Shown here piece after piece: positions 25,865 to 37,481 of a stretch of DNA of 64,000 nt. The DNA comes from Octopus vulgaris (Eukaryota): NCBI GenBank assembly GCA_951406725.2, contig OX597835.1:50406001-50470000 (forward strand), in the 5' to 3' direction. The notes under the pieces were generated by a model that ran no database searches, had not been told where the DNA came from, and saw only the letters and a program-made list of their open reading frames with translations. Position 1 is the stretch's first letter. The number at the start of each line of letters is the position of its first letter. The translations under genes were made by a program, and so were the position numbers.

Positions 25865-27059
25865 GTATTTATTGATCACTTGGGAAGGGTTATTCTTTTG
25901 TTCTTTTAAACTTTTATTGGTGTTAGTCATTGGATTTTGGCCATGTTTGGGGCACTGATTGGATTATGGCCAAACTGAAGCACTTGTTTTCTAGCCTGTA
26001 GGTGGTTACATTGACCTTGGAATGTAAAGAGCTGGGACAAACACTACAGGGCATTGTCCAATGCTTTATCGATTCTTCTGATCCATCTCTTTGAAAACAT
26101 ACATTTAATAATGACTATGTATGTATGTGTGTGTGTGTGTGTGTGTGCGTACATGCGTGCGTGCGTGTATGTGTATGTTTCTGGAAAGTGGCCTTGACAC
26201 ATTTATCAAGACCAAATTCCATCCCAATGTCATCATTGAATGCTTTCAGAGTACATAATAGGCCTTCAAGCTCATCACTGTCTTAGCAATAGAGTTTTAA
26301 GTTATTATTTTAAAATAGATGGCTTATTTCCTTGTCAATTTTATAGCCATATCCTGTTCTGTTAAGTTCACTTGTAAAGGGTATTAGGGCTATGCAAAAA
26401 ATTAACCCGATGACAACGGTTTTTTATCAGGCAAGTAGGCTGCACTGACAGTAATCCTCTCAGCCTAGAGCAGCATTTAGCACCTGACAATGGTTCGGCA
26501 TATATTTATGTCAACTGCTTTAAAGTATGCACTGGTTATTTATGTAAACTGTCATCACTGCAAGGACCATAAATTCAATGAAACTGGCATAAATTGACTG
26601 TAAATTCTGTGAAGGGCCAGAAGAATTTGCTGAATGTGTACAAATTTCATAGGAAGTCAGTTGAAATGGTAATGTAATCACCAAAACTGCTTCTTTTATG
26701 GTCTTAAACAGAGTTGGAAATATTTATATGAAGAGTCTAACAAACCTATCAGATTCTTTGAAATTTGCACAATGGTCTCTGTTATCAATTCTGTGAGTGA
26801 TAGCAGATATTTCATATCAACTGGTACACAAACAGGTACAAAACTGCAGCGGATAGGGCTGTGATTTAAAGCAAGTACACAGCACATGTCAATTTACATC
26901 AGCTGATGTTATGGGGTTAAAGGTGAGCGTGAGTCATCTTGGGAAATGCTACAGCTGATATTAATATTGTTTTAAGCCAGTACTCCATTAGAGTGGTATA
27001 ATTGGAGGTTCGTATTTCACAGTGACATGTACTTCGGGAAGTCTGAAATTATAGTTATG

Positions 27060-27816
27060 AGCCGTGTCAACACCCTTTTTATTCAGTGGAGAAAATATTG
27101 TTCTGTTCCGTAAATGTATGCGTTTTCTCCAAAAGGATGGATGTTCAAATTTTATGTGCCAATAGTTTGGGGTAAATTTCGTTTCATTATTCTTTGGAAG
27201 TAGGTAAGTAATACCACTTGCTAACTGATCAGGTGTTTTCTCAGGATCTCTCCTAATTTCATTCAAAAGCTGAATTAACTTTTAGTGTGCACATGGAAGT
27301 GGTGTGAACCAGAAATTCGACATCCTATCTTTCCATTTATGAGCCTCCATTAGTTCTGCTATTAGAATGTCTTCCTATGCTAGTTCTGGTAAATTTCTGT
27401 GCATCTAATCCAATCTGCATTTCCATTGCATGTCTTTCCATCACTCCAAATATTTTTCTAAAAGTTTCCAACTTCTTCCATGGGAGGGAGAATTTTCAAC
27501 AGTTATTTTTTCCTTTCCTGTTTCTCTGTAGAATGTTTTTGCATTGGATGTGAACAGCTTATTTTGCATGTAAAACTAGTTTCTCTTCTTAAATCTTCAT
27601 ATACTTTGAGCTTTTGCTTAGACATTTTGTTGCAGTGTTTCTTTTGTTGGAAGCAGTTCTTCTCTGGGTGAGAATCTATATTTTCTCTTCATCTTACTTC
27701 TTTTCCTGGAACTTACATCGTTTTCACAGATTAGTTCATTTAATATTGATATTTGCCTTGTATCAATTCAATCTCTTTTTCCGTTTTACTTCTCCAGTTT
27801 GGAATTCTTCCGAGGT
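27060..27816 (-). mobile_element. R4/Dong-like ORF fragment (N-terminal RT region)
   Basis: PDQLASGITYLLPKNNETKFTPNY, RT domain 0/1-like; frameshifted. Confidence 0.65.
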
Positions 27817-27829
27817 TTATTATTATTAT

Positions 27830-28370
27830 TGAGTTAGAAAGCAGCGCATGCCATCAAAGTGACACTGGGGTACAAATATATGAGGCCCAATATACCCATT
27901 ATGACTACCCGTCTGATAAGGGTGCACAACCATATGTGCATGACATGGTGATTTCATATCAATATAAACAGTGCATAACCTTGCAGGTGGGACCCAGTTA
28001 GAATTTTCTTCTGGTCGAGTAACCCATCCCACTCAAAAGGTCCCTGATTAAGGTTTGTTTAAGGATGATGAACGAAACATCCATGTTTCCAGAGGTGAAT
28101 TATTCAAACCCCAAAGAATTCCTCTCAACACATGGCTATGACACTCCCCCACTACTTCTGCTCGTGATCAGAGATGCACATATTGTCAGCGACTAAGGGA
28201 CATGCTCAACTGGTGAATGTCAAACAACTGACAAGCTCATCTGTGGTATTGAGCAGAATATTTGCTGTAGCCCATCTTTTATACCAAGATAAAACAATGT
28301 ACATGATAACACTTCCAATCAGTTAAGATGAGAAGCCATGAAAGCCAGTGCCTGGTACTGCATCAGGGCA
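27830..28370 (-). mobile_element. Microsatellite-embedded element, copy 2
   Basis: Homologous to 24631-25186 with a short internal deletion. Confidence 0.85.
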
Positions 28371-28419
28371 CTTATCATTATTAAAAGCCTCATCATTATT
28401 ATTATTATTATTATTAGTA

Positions 28420-29560
28420 TCATTCAGTAGTCTTATTTTCATCACATGCTTTTACTGCACTACCGATCACAGCTGTGTGTGCTTTGGGTATGTGTTATGG
28501 TTTGTTGTGATGCTCTTATTTTCACTGTATTGAAAGTGTTTAACGTAGGATGTGAGTGGTGCCTAGTAGTGCTATTTTCTGTATGTTATATATACTTATT
28601 AGTCCTGATGTTTTTGTTATGTATTTGTCTGAATATTTTTTATCATACCTCATGTACCTACTATGATGGTAATTGTTTCTATTTTTAGACTCCACATTTG
28701 AGTTACCTCTATTTCCAGATCTTTGTATCTTGAAGTTTCTCTGTTTCTATCAATTAGAAAGCATTTTTTTCTTCATGATCTCTGACAACTATATCTGGCC
28801 TATTGGCCTTAATTTCTCTATCTGTGTGTATTGGCATATCCCAGAGTATGGTTGCTTTCTCGTTTTCTGTGACCTTTTTCTGGCGTGTGCCTATACCATC
28901 TTTTTTCTGTTGTTATTCCATAGTGTTGGCATAGCTTCCAGTGTATGTAGGTCCCAACTCTGTCGTGTCTGTGAATATATTCCTTCTTAGCCAGGAATGG
29001 GCAGCCAGAGACAATACGATTTATTGTTTCTTCTCTATTTCCACATATTCTGCAGTTACTTGTTATATTTCTTTTCATTACATGTTTTTGGTAATTTCTG
29101 GTGGGAAGGCTTTAGTCTTGTGCTGCAATTTAAAACCTTTCACTCTCTGCTTTGAGTCCTGAACTCCTCAGCCATTGTTGAGATTTTGCTTTGTCTATTT
29201 CTTTTCTGTTTAGTTTAACTCAGTATTTGCCATGAAGGGGCTTTTCTTGCCATTGTTTTATCATTGTTCTTTGCTGTTCCAGTTTTAGTTTGGATTTCAG
29301 TTTGTTTTACAGCTTTTGTTGTTTCTTTTTTTTCTTCATAGTTGTTAGGTTCTTTGACTTTTTTTTTTGTATTTGTCAGCTTCCTTAAATACTGAAAACA
29401 GTTTTTTGTTTTGTTCATATTTTGTGGCTATTTGTATTAGTTTTCCTTGCATTTGAAGTAGGTATTTTTGTAGTCCTATGGTGGTTATTTTGCAATAGTT
29501 TTCTAGCTGTATAAGGCCTCTACCACCTTCTATATGTTGTATATATAGCCTTTCTAAATC
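28420..29560 (-). mobile_element. 5'-truncated R4/Dong-like non-LTR retrotransposon
   Basis: CRICGNREETINRIVSGC (decayed CCHC knuckle), YIHRHDRV, RPDIVV REL motif; flanked by TTA repeats. A short sister fragment lies at 25273-25562. Confidence 0.85.
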
Positions 29561-29597
29561 TTGTTATTATTTTTCTCGTTTATCTGTCTTATCACTA

Positions 29598-29635
<38 letters not shown>

Positions 29636-29644
29636 TTATTACAG

Positions 29645-29792
29645 AGCTGAGTTATCATTAGCTGATGATGTCTACAACATAGTGCAGGACATCTTAGACC
29701 CCGTAAACCTGAAAGCTGATATAAAAAATGCCCTTTATCCACTGTCAGCAAAAGTCCACTATGATATCTCAGGACAACTGGACTTAGTGAAG
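29645..29792 (+). CDS. VPS13: VPS13 exon 14
   Basis: tattacag|A...AAG|gtaact; phase 2 to 0; AELSLADDVYNIVQDILDPVNLKADIKNALYPLSAKVHYDISGQLDLVK. Confidence 0.9.
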
Positions 29793-30677
29793 GTAACTTC
29801 GTTATTGTTCTTTTAGATTTAACATTTGTCACTGTTTTATAGTCTAGTTGTCATACAGTGTTGGTGTATTATGTCATTTTACAGGGTTGTAACCATAGGA
29901 GAGTTGGGTTTTTTTATGTAGTTGGCATATATTATCACTTTATAATGTAGCAATCATAATAGTGTTGCTTTTAAATGTAGCTCTCAAATAATATTGCTTT
30001 AATGCATCAATCATTATAGTTTTGCTTTATTATGTAGCAGTCATATATTATCACTTTGCAATGTAGCAATCAGGTTATTTTTTGTTAACATAGCAATCCA
30101 GTTGCCATCATCCTCACTTAGTGTCCATTTTCCATGCTGGCTTGAGGTTGACAGTGTGACTGGAACTGGCCAAGCCAGAGAGCTGTACCATGCTCCAGTC
30201 TGTTCTCGTTTGGTTTCTATGCTGGATGCCCTTCCTAGTGCCAACCACTCCATAGAGTGTACTAGGTGTCTTTTATGTGTCACTAGCACAGGTGCCCCTC
30301 ACGTGTCACTGGCACAAGTGCCTTTCACATGTCATCAGCATTGGCCATGACTATTATTTCGTTTAGCTTGAAGTATCATCTGAAGCCCAGTAAAGTCCCA
30401 ACTGGCTTCTGTGAGACTAAACATCCCAGTTATATTTCATTACCTCATCCCAAAGTGTTCCATTTAAATAGAACTCTCAAATAATGTTGCTTTTAATGCC
30501 GTATTCATAATAGTATTGTTTTAAAATGTAGCCATCAAACAGCATTGCATGTTACATTGTTGATGAGATATGACTGCTTCTAGTGATGTGTTTAGCCCCT
30601 TGTGGGTAATAAAGAAATAGGTAAAGCTACACATAACGAAACTGTTGTTGAAATATTGAAGTCACTTTGTCTTTCAG

Positions 30678-30765
30678 ATTCACCTGATCCAAAAAGACAT
30701 CCAATCAATCCTGGGTATTTATCATGAAAACCTCATGGAAGGAGCCCCATCACTGTCTCCTGTTG
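30678..30765 (+). CDS. VPS13: VPS13 exon 15
   Basis: tctttcag|ATT...GTTG|gtaaat; phase 0 to 1; IHLIQKDIQSILGIYHENLMEGAPSLSPV. Confidence 0.9.
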
Positions 30766-31118
30766 GTAAATATCACATGACTACACTAGTATTTTTTTTT
30801 TTTTTTTCAATTTTACATTACATTAAAATATGTTTTAGCATATGCGTGTGTGTGTATATATATATCAAAATAAGCAACAGGATATCCAGAGGTAATGCAG
30901 TGCTTTAAGTTGTGAAGATACCAGTATTGTTATATATAAGCTAAGTATGAATTTCTAGGGGTACAAAAATTAGGTTTATTTCATAAAGGCTATTATAAAA
31001 TAATAAAATGATCAAATAAGTTAGAGCACCATTGAAAAGGAATAAAATAGCTTAATCACAAAAATTATGAGGAAGTATATACACCTTATTAACATCAGTA
31101 GAGAAGATTTATAGAAAA

Positions 31119-31757
31119 CTAGCAGTATTGCCCGGCTCGTGCGTTCTATGCACGCGCGAATTAAGCTAAACTTGGATGAAGTTCAATCAAAATTCAGTTA
31201 TTTTGGTTTTAAAATCAAGCATTTAATGTCCTCTATTTTTGCGCTTATGTGTTCCATTTTCTCAATTGGAAGTACATAGAAGTGTTTCATAAATTTTTGT
31301 TGATCAAATAAATGCATTGTTGAATTAGTCTTTTAGATCAGTATTTCTCATATTCTCCATGGTTTCTCGTTGCCTGTTTCCCTTTCACTAAACATTTTTA
31401 TATCTTACTTTCCCCCTATCCTCTCACACCACTCTCATTCCCCTCGCTATCTTATGTCATTCTATCACTCAGCCATTATTTCTTCCAAGGGAGGCTACTC
31501 CCTAACATTGATAATTTTTCTAGAGTTACCTCCTTCAATGCTCAAACTTTAATCTATAATCTATAAGGCCTAAACAAACACATTATCGATTTTTGCACTT
31601 GCAAAATGAATTTCGGAACAGAAATAGCGCAGTTCAATTTTCATTTGCCTAAACTTTAAGTGACCCATTTTTGGTGGTTCTACGATTTGTTGGCTAGGAG
31701 GAGATGTGCTGGGAAGTTAAACACACAGACACACAAGTTGAGTTTTATATATATAGA
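31119..31757 (-). mobile_element. Non-autonomous Helitron-like element, family 2, copy 1
   Basis: Minus strand A|TC...hairpin (CGTGC/GCACG)...CTAG|T; both ends homologous to 54415-55172. Confidence 0.75.
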
Positions 31758-32573
31758 TGTATAATAATTCAAGTATTTAAACTAAAAATTGTTTATTTAC
31801 TTATTTAGTATGTATCTATAATGATTGATACCTGGTATTAACTAAAGGAATATTGATGTTATAGAACATGCTAACTATATACTAATAATAAACCAAGAGG
31901 TATAATATAGGTTTTAAAACAATACTATTCATAGATACTATCTAATAAGTTAATGTTTAAGTATATGATATGTATGAATATTAAACTATTTCTATGTCAT
32001 TTCTTTCCTCCCTCTATTGTAGTAAAATTTGGTATATACTCAAAAGTATTCAAAAAATTTTATCCTTTTGTAATAATATTCTTCTTAATAATCTTCTTGA
32101 TAACCCAAAATTTTAACTTTATACAATATGGCAATATTGTTTAAAATATTCGATTATAGTACCCATGATAAAATTTCCCCTGTATTATCATCATTGGCTT
32201 AATTGACCGTTAACATCTTGCTTTAAGATTTCCTTTACCAAATCTCATTATATTGCTTCAAATTAATCTTGATAGTTTTATGACTATACCCACTATGATT
32301 TTTGTCAACTCCCTCAGCCTCTTTCCTAACAGACACTGCTCCTTGTTCATTGGCCTTAGATTTTTGATATATCTGATAAACAATACTAAATTGAAACAGA
32401 CCCCAAAAAAACTGACAAGCTAGATCTCTAACAAGTCTTTTTTCTTGATATCTTAGTAGCTTCTAAGCTGAAGTGAAGACATCATGTTCTTTGTCTATCT
32501 CCTTATCTTCTTGGAGGTTTTAGGTAAAATTATACTAATGTGTCCATTTGTTTTAATTTAATTCTCTGTATTT

Positions 32574-32661
32574 ATGCAGCTGAGGATTGCTCTGCATTTA
32601 AAGTGATGTAATGGTTGCATTGTTCAATTAAATGGAGTTGCTTGAAATGATCGTACTGCAT
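32574..32661 (+). ncRNA. Candidate type I hammerhead ribozyme with long helix II
   Basis: ATGCAG-CTGAGGA-[57-nt hairpin]-GAA-ATGATCGT-A-CTGCAT: 6-bp helix I, CUGANGA and GAAA cores, GUA triplet. Confidence 0.55.
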
Positions 32662-32786
32662 TACCTCTGGAGATCCTTGTTGTTTATTTTGATTTTAATC
32701 ACCTTATTTTGAAACTGTATGGATAAAACCAGACTAAATTCTGGTGCCTCAGCTTAGGTGCCTAATTCATCTGAATCTAAATTTTT

Positions 32787-32852
<66 letters not shown>

Positions 32853-33901
32853 TAACAAGAGTAGACGTAGCTGAGTGGTAAGGTGCTTGCTACCCAACCA
32901 CATGGTTCCAGGTTCAGTCTCACTGCATGCTACATTTGGCAAGTGTCTTCTACTACAGCTTTGGGCCAACCAAAGCCTTGTGAATAAGTAACAGGCTTAA
33001 AAAAAACCCTACTGGGGTTGATTTGTTCAACAAAAATTCTTGAAGGTGTTGCCCCAGAATGGCCACAGTCCAATGACTGAAACAAGTAAAAGATAAAAGA
33101 TACATATGACAAGTGGATAGACGAATCAGTAGAGTGTCAAAGAAAATAGATTCTGAGTTCAAAACCCATCCAGATTTCATCTTTCTTGAAGCTGATTCAG
33201 ATTAGCCTCAGTTAATAAAGGAAGCGCAGAGAGCGAGGGGCAGGGGTGATGTATATCTGAGAAGATGTTGCTACCCCAGCATGAACAGTGTCAAATAACT
33301 GAAATCAATATAAAAGAATTAAAAAATATATATCACCTTCATCATCATGATCATCATCATCATCATAACCACCCTCACCACCACCACCACCACCATGACT
33401 AAAGCAGACCTATATCAAAAGGCATTCCAGGCATGACCAGCCTGTCTTTTGGGTGCTTACCTAAGACTACATTATGTGACAAGTCCCCTCTTTCAAGATG
33501 TTGAGGATGTGATTGCAGAAAATTTAGTTGCTATTTCCAACAGGTAAAGGCCAAGTATTCTCCACTGTTAACTTGTGGTTGTTATCAGTGGTAGCAGTTG
33601 CTGTTATAATGGTGGATGTAGTGGTGGTGGTGGTGGTGGCGGAGGAGGAGGATGAGGATGCAGAAGTGGTAATGGTAGATAACTTCAGATCAGCTCTCAT
33701 TCCGCAGACTCATGATCAAAGTCACCAACCCATCCTTTACCCGATACAAATGCATCTTGGACTACAAATAGTGTTCTAAGTAAAAGTAAAGTAGTTGATA
33801 TATGGTTTCAGTAGCTGTATATCATAGTGCCAATATTTTTCTCCAGCTATTATTATTATGAAAATAAATTACTTTAATTTCTCTCTTCTTTTTCCATAAA
33901 G

Positions 33902-34065
33902 CCGGTTACCATTTTCCACCCAAAGAATCATCCCAGATGGCATCAAGTACATTAAGTACTGGCTCTCAGGAATCCTTAAAGAATATGCCAAAATCAGCCA
34001 TCAATTTGAACTTTACCATGGATGGTATTGTTGTTTGTTTAGTAGAACAGAAGTCCACAGAGTTG
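33902..34065 (+). CDS. VPS13: VPS13 exon 16
   Basis: pyrimidine tract, ccataaag|CC...TTG|gtcagt; phase 1 to 0; GYHFPPKESSQM...AINLNFTMDGIVVCLVEQKSTEL; AAG acceptor is less certain. Confidence 0.82.
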
Positions 34066-34588
34066 GTCAGTATCATATCATCCCTATTGATCTCGTGTTT
34101 GTAATACCAAACAGCATTTGTTGTTTTGAAATTTATTGTATTTAAAGAAATGAAAACACACACACACAGTTGTTTATGTGTATGTGTGTGTATGTATGTA
34201 TATACCACCATATGTATGTGGTTGACATTAGGAAGGGTATCCAGCTGTAAAATCCATGCCGAAACAGTGGAGGAGCCTGGTGCGGTCCTTTGGCTTGCCA
34301 GTTCCTGTCAAACCGTCCAACCCATGCCAGCATGGAAGACAGATGTTAAATGGTGATGATATATCACACTAACTGCTTATGTATTGTGAGACAGCATAAT
34401 GCCATGGGATTGTCTGAGATAAAATCTCTTCATAGACTTGTGTTAGAAACAACAATGTATATTGGGTTGAGATGAACCTCATTCCTGCAGTAGTTCATAA
34501 GAACAACAGGTGTGCTTCACCTTTCTTGAGGCTCATCAATGTTGCACACTCAATTGTTACCTGTTTAAATAAAAGTCATACCTTGATA

Positions 34589-35869
34589 TGAGGATGGACT
34601 GAAAAGTTCATGGGCTGACTATGAAGGAGTGATGCTAGAGCTGTGAAATCTTGCATACATTCATTTCAACTCTTCTTATGAAAAACTGTATTGTTTGTTT
34701 CCAGGTAAACTGACACCTGACTGACCAAAGAAAACTTCAAAAGTAGTTAGTAACAACTTCTCTTGAAAATCAACAAAATAATCTTATCAAGTGCCTACAG
34801 AAAAGGGGTTTAGCCCCTAAGGACATTCATGCGGACATTGTTGCTACATTAGAGAATGATGCTCCAACTTTATCAACAGAGCAAAACTGGACAGCTGAAT
34901 TTAGGAAGGGAAGAGGGAGTCTTGAACATGACCCAAGGTCTGGACATCCTGCAATTGCCACCACTTTGGAAAACATTGATCACGATCACCGTATGGTGAT
35001 GGTTAACAAGCAATTGACTATTAATAAAAACCAATACTATTAGCACATCCCAAGTGAGTTGAGAATATTCTGCATAATGAACTTACCATGACAAAGGTTT
35101 CTGCTCAGTGGGCACTACATCTTCTGACACTTGATCAAAAGCATACCTGGCTGATCACATCACAGGAAACTCTGACATTGTTTCAGGCAGTTCCATCTGG
35201 TTTTCTTGAATGTTTCCTAAACCCAGGATGAGTGTTGAGTTTATCATTTTGAGACAGAGGCAAAGTGACAATCCACGCAGTGGAGACAGCCCTCCTCACC
35301 TGCTCCAATGAAGGCCTAGATTGTTTCATCTGCAGGGAAGAAGATGGCTTCAGTTTTTTTATGATGCAGTAGGCATTGTATTTATCTACTACCTTCAAAA
35401 GGACCATACCATTAATGGAAAGTACTATGCCAACTTGCTGAGCAGTTATGAAAGTTATCATGACCAAACACCCAAGAAAAGTAATGAAAGGGGTCTTATT
35501 TCATCATGCCAATGTTCCAGCACACAAACCTTTGGTTTCAGTGGCTGTTGTGCATAACTGTGGCTTTGAACTGGTTGGTCACCATCCTTATTCTCCTGGT
35601 TTGGCCCCCATCTCACTATCCTCTGTTTTCCCAGATAAGAAAATACTTGGCTGGGAACCAGTATTGCAGTGATGATAACATCATATCTGCTTTTGATGAT
35701 TTTTTTGACCAACAGGACAAATGCTTCTTCACCAATGAGATCCGAGCACTGCAATACTGATGGAAGAAGTATGTGGACTGCAAGGGAGACTATGTTGAAA
35801 ATAAAATTCTTTCAGTCACGTTTCATGAAAATATCTTGCCCAGCCTATGAACTTTTCAACTGGCCTTCA
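34589..35869 (+). mobile_element. Full-length decayed mariner transposon (about 1.28 kb)
   Basis: TA-flanked imperfect TIRs (TGAGGATGGACTGAAAAGTTCATGGGCTG / CAGCCTATGAACTTTTCAACTGGCCTTCA). Transposase remnants: DPRSGHP, VSAQWALHLL, TQDEC, FHHANVPAH, HPYSPGLAP; many stops. Confidence 0.9.
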
Positions 35870-36403
35870 TATATTGGAAACAGTGATTATAATATTCACT
35901 GATATTATGGAAGCTTGCTGGGTGCATACACTAATTTTTTCTACAGCCCAGTAAACTTCCACAACACCTGTGAATGTTTTATTCACTGTTCCCTATATAT
36001 CAAGGTATGAATGCCATTTAAGTAGTGAACAATCAAGGGCACAGACTCACCTCAACAAAGGTGAGATACATCAATCATTCTCATGAGTCATTGCAGTGTT
36101 GGTGTTTGTGTTTCTCTGATATGTATTACATTTTTAACACAAGTCTATGAGAAGGGAACCTCTGTTTATTTCTACATTAGGCCTAAAATAATTAATGAAA
36201 GCTTGGTACATGCTACCAGGCCATTATCAGTCATGAATAACGGCTAAGCTTTTATGTAGATGTGTAGTGATTATATAGATAAATCTTTGACTGAATGATG
36301 TTTTGTTATTTTTTTTAAAAGTAGTTTGGGGAAGAAATAAGGGTTTGTAACAAAAATACTTCACTGGTGAATGGTTTTCAGTGCAGTTCCCAATTGGTTC
36401 TAG

Positions 36404-36555
36404 GGTTTCCAGAAACAAGGATTGAGTCGGTTCCAGATGGGACGTGTAACTATCAAAAGAAATCAGCTGATTGATGGATCCGCTGAAGGTTCATTACAAG
36501 TGAAATGGTTGATGATTGATGACATCAGTCCAGACAGCAAAGCCATTGTTAAAAG
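36404..36555 (+). CDS. VPS13: VPS13 exon 17 (in-frame alternative acceptor at 36413)
   Basis: ggttctag|GGT...AAAAG|gtaaca; phase 0 to 2; GFQKQGLSRFQMGRVTIKRNQLIDGSAEGSLQVKWLMIDDISPDSKAIVK. Confidence 0.85.
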
Positions 36556-36659
36556 GTAACACTTTTTTTTTCATTACTACATGTTGTTTTGTTGTTGTTG
36601 TTGCTATAATAATAATAATAATAACAATAATAATAATAATAATAATAATAATTAATTAT

Positions 36660-37212
36660 TGAGTGAGAGAGCAGTGCATGCCATCAAAGTGACACTGGGG
36701 TAAAATATACGAAGCCCAGTATACATATGACTACCCGTCTGATAAGGGTACACTAGGCACATGCATCACAACCATATTTGTGCAACATGGTGATCTCATA
36801 TCAAGATAAACAGTGCATAACCTTGCAGGTGGGACCCAGTTAGAATATTCTTCAGGTTGAGTAGCCCATCCCACTCAAAAGGTCCCTGAATAAGGGTTGT
36901 TTAAGGATGTTGAACAAAACACCCCTGTTTCCAGAGATGGATAATTCAAACTAAAAAGAATTCATCTCAACACATGGCTATGATGCTCCCCCACTACTTC
37001 TGCTCGTGATCAGAGATGCACATATCGTCAGCCACTAAGGGACATGCTCAACTGGTTAAGGTCAAACAACTGACAAGCAAATCTGTGGTATTGAGCAGAA
37101 TATTTGCTGTAGCCCATCTTTTATACCAAGACAAAACAATGTACATGATAACACTTCCAATCAGTTAAGATCAGAAGCTACCTGAGCCACTGCCTGGGAC
37201 TACATCAGGGCA
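36660..37212 (-). mobile_element. Microsatellite-embedded element, copy 3
   Basis: Homologous end-to-end to 24631-25186. Confidence 0.85.
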
Positions 37213-37481
37213 TTAATCATCATCGTCGTCATCGTTACCGTCATTATTATTATTAAGGCTGCAAGCTGGCAGAATCATTAGCATGCCAGGTGAAATGCTT
37301 AATGGTGTTTCACCCGTCTTTACATTCTGAGATCAAATTCCATCAAGGTCGACTTTACCTTTCATCCTTTCAGGGTCAATAACTTAAGTACCAGTAAAAC
37401 ACTGGGGTCGATATAATTGACTTGGCCCCACCACCAAATTTCAGGCCTTGTGCCTTTAGTAGAAATGATTATTATTATTAT

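Larger units (their letters stand above)
30864..32693. mobile_element. Probable Penelope-like element with inverted termini and a hammerhead motif
   Basis: 30864-30903 is an inverted copy of 32653-32693; hammerhead-like motif at 32574-32661; the interior is AT-rich and decayed and contains a Helitron insertion. Confidence 0.55.

Noticed and set aside
34589-35869. Possible domesticated (SETMAR-like) transposase exon
   Set aside because: Multiple stops and frameshifts and mutated catalytic motifs; not needed for the VPS13 phase chain.
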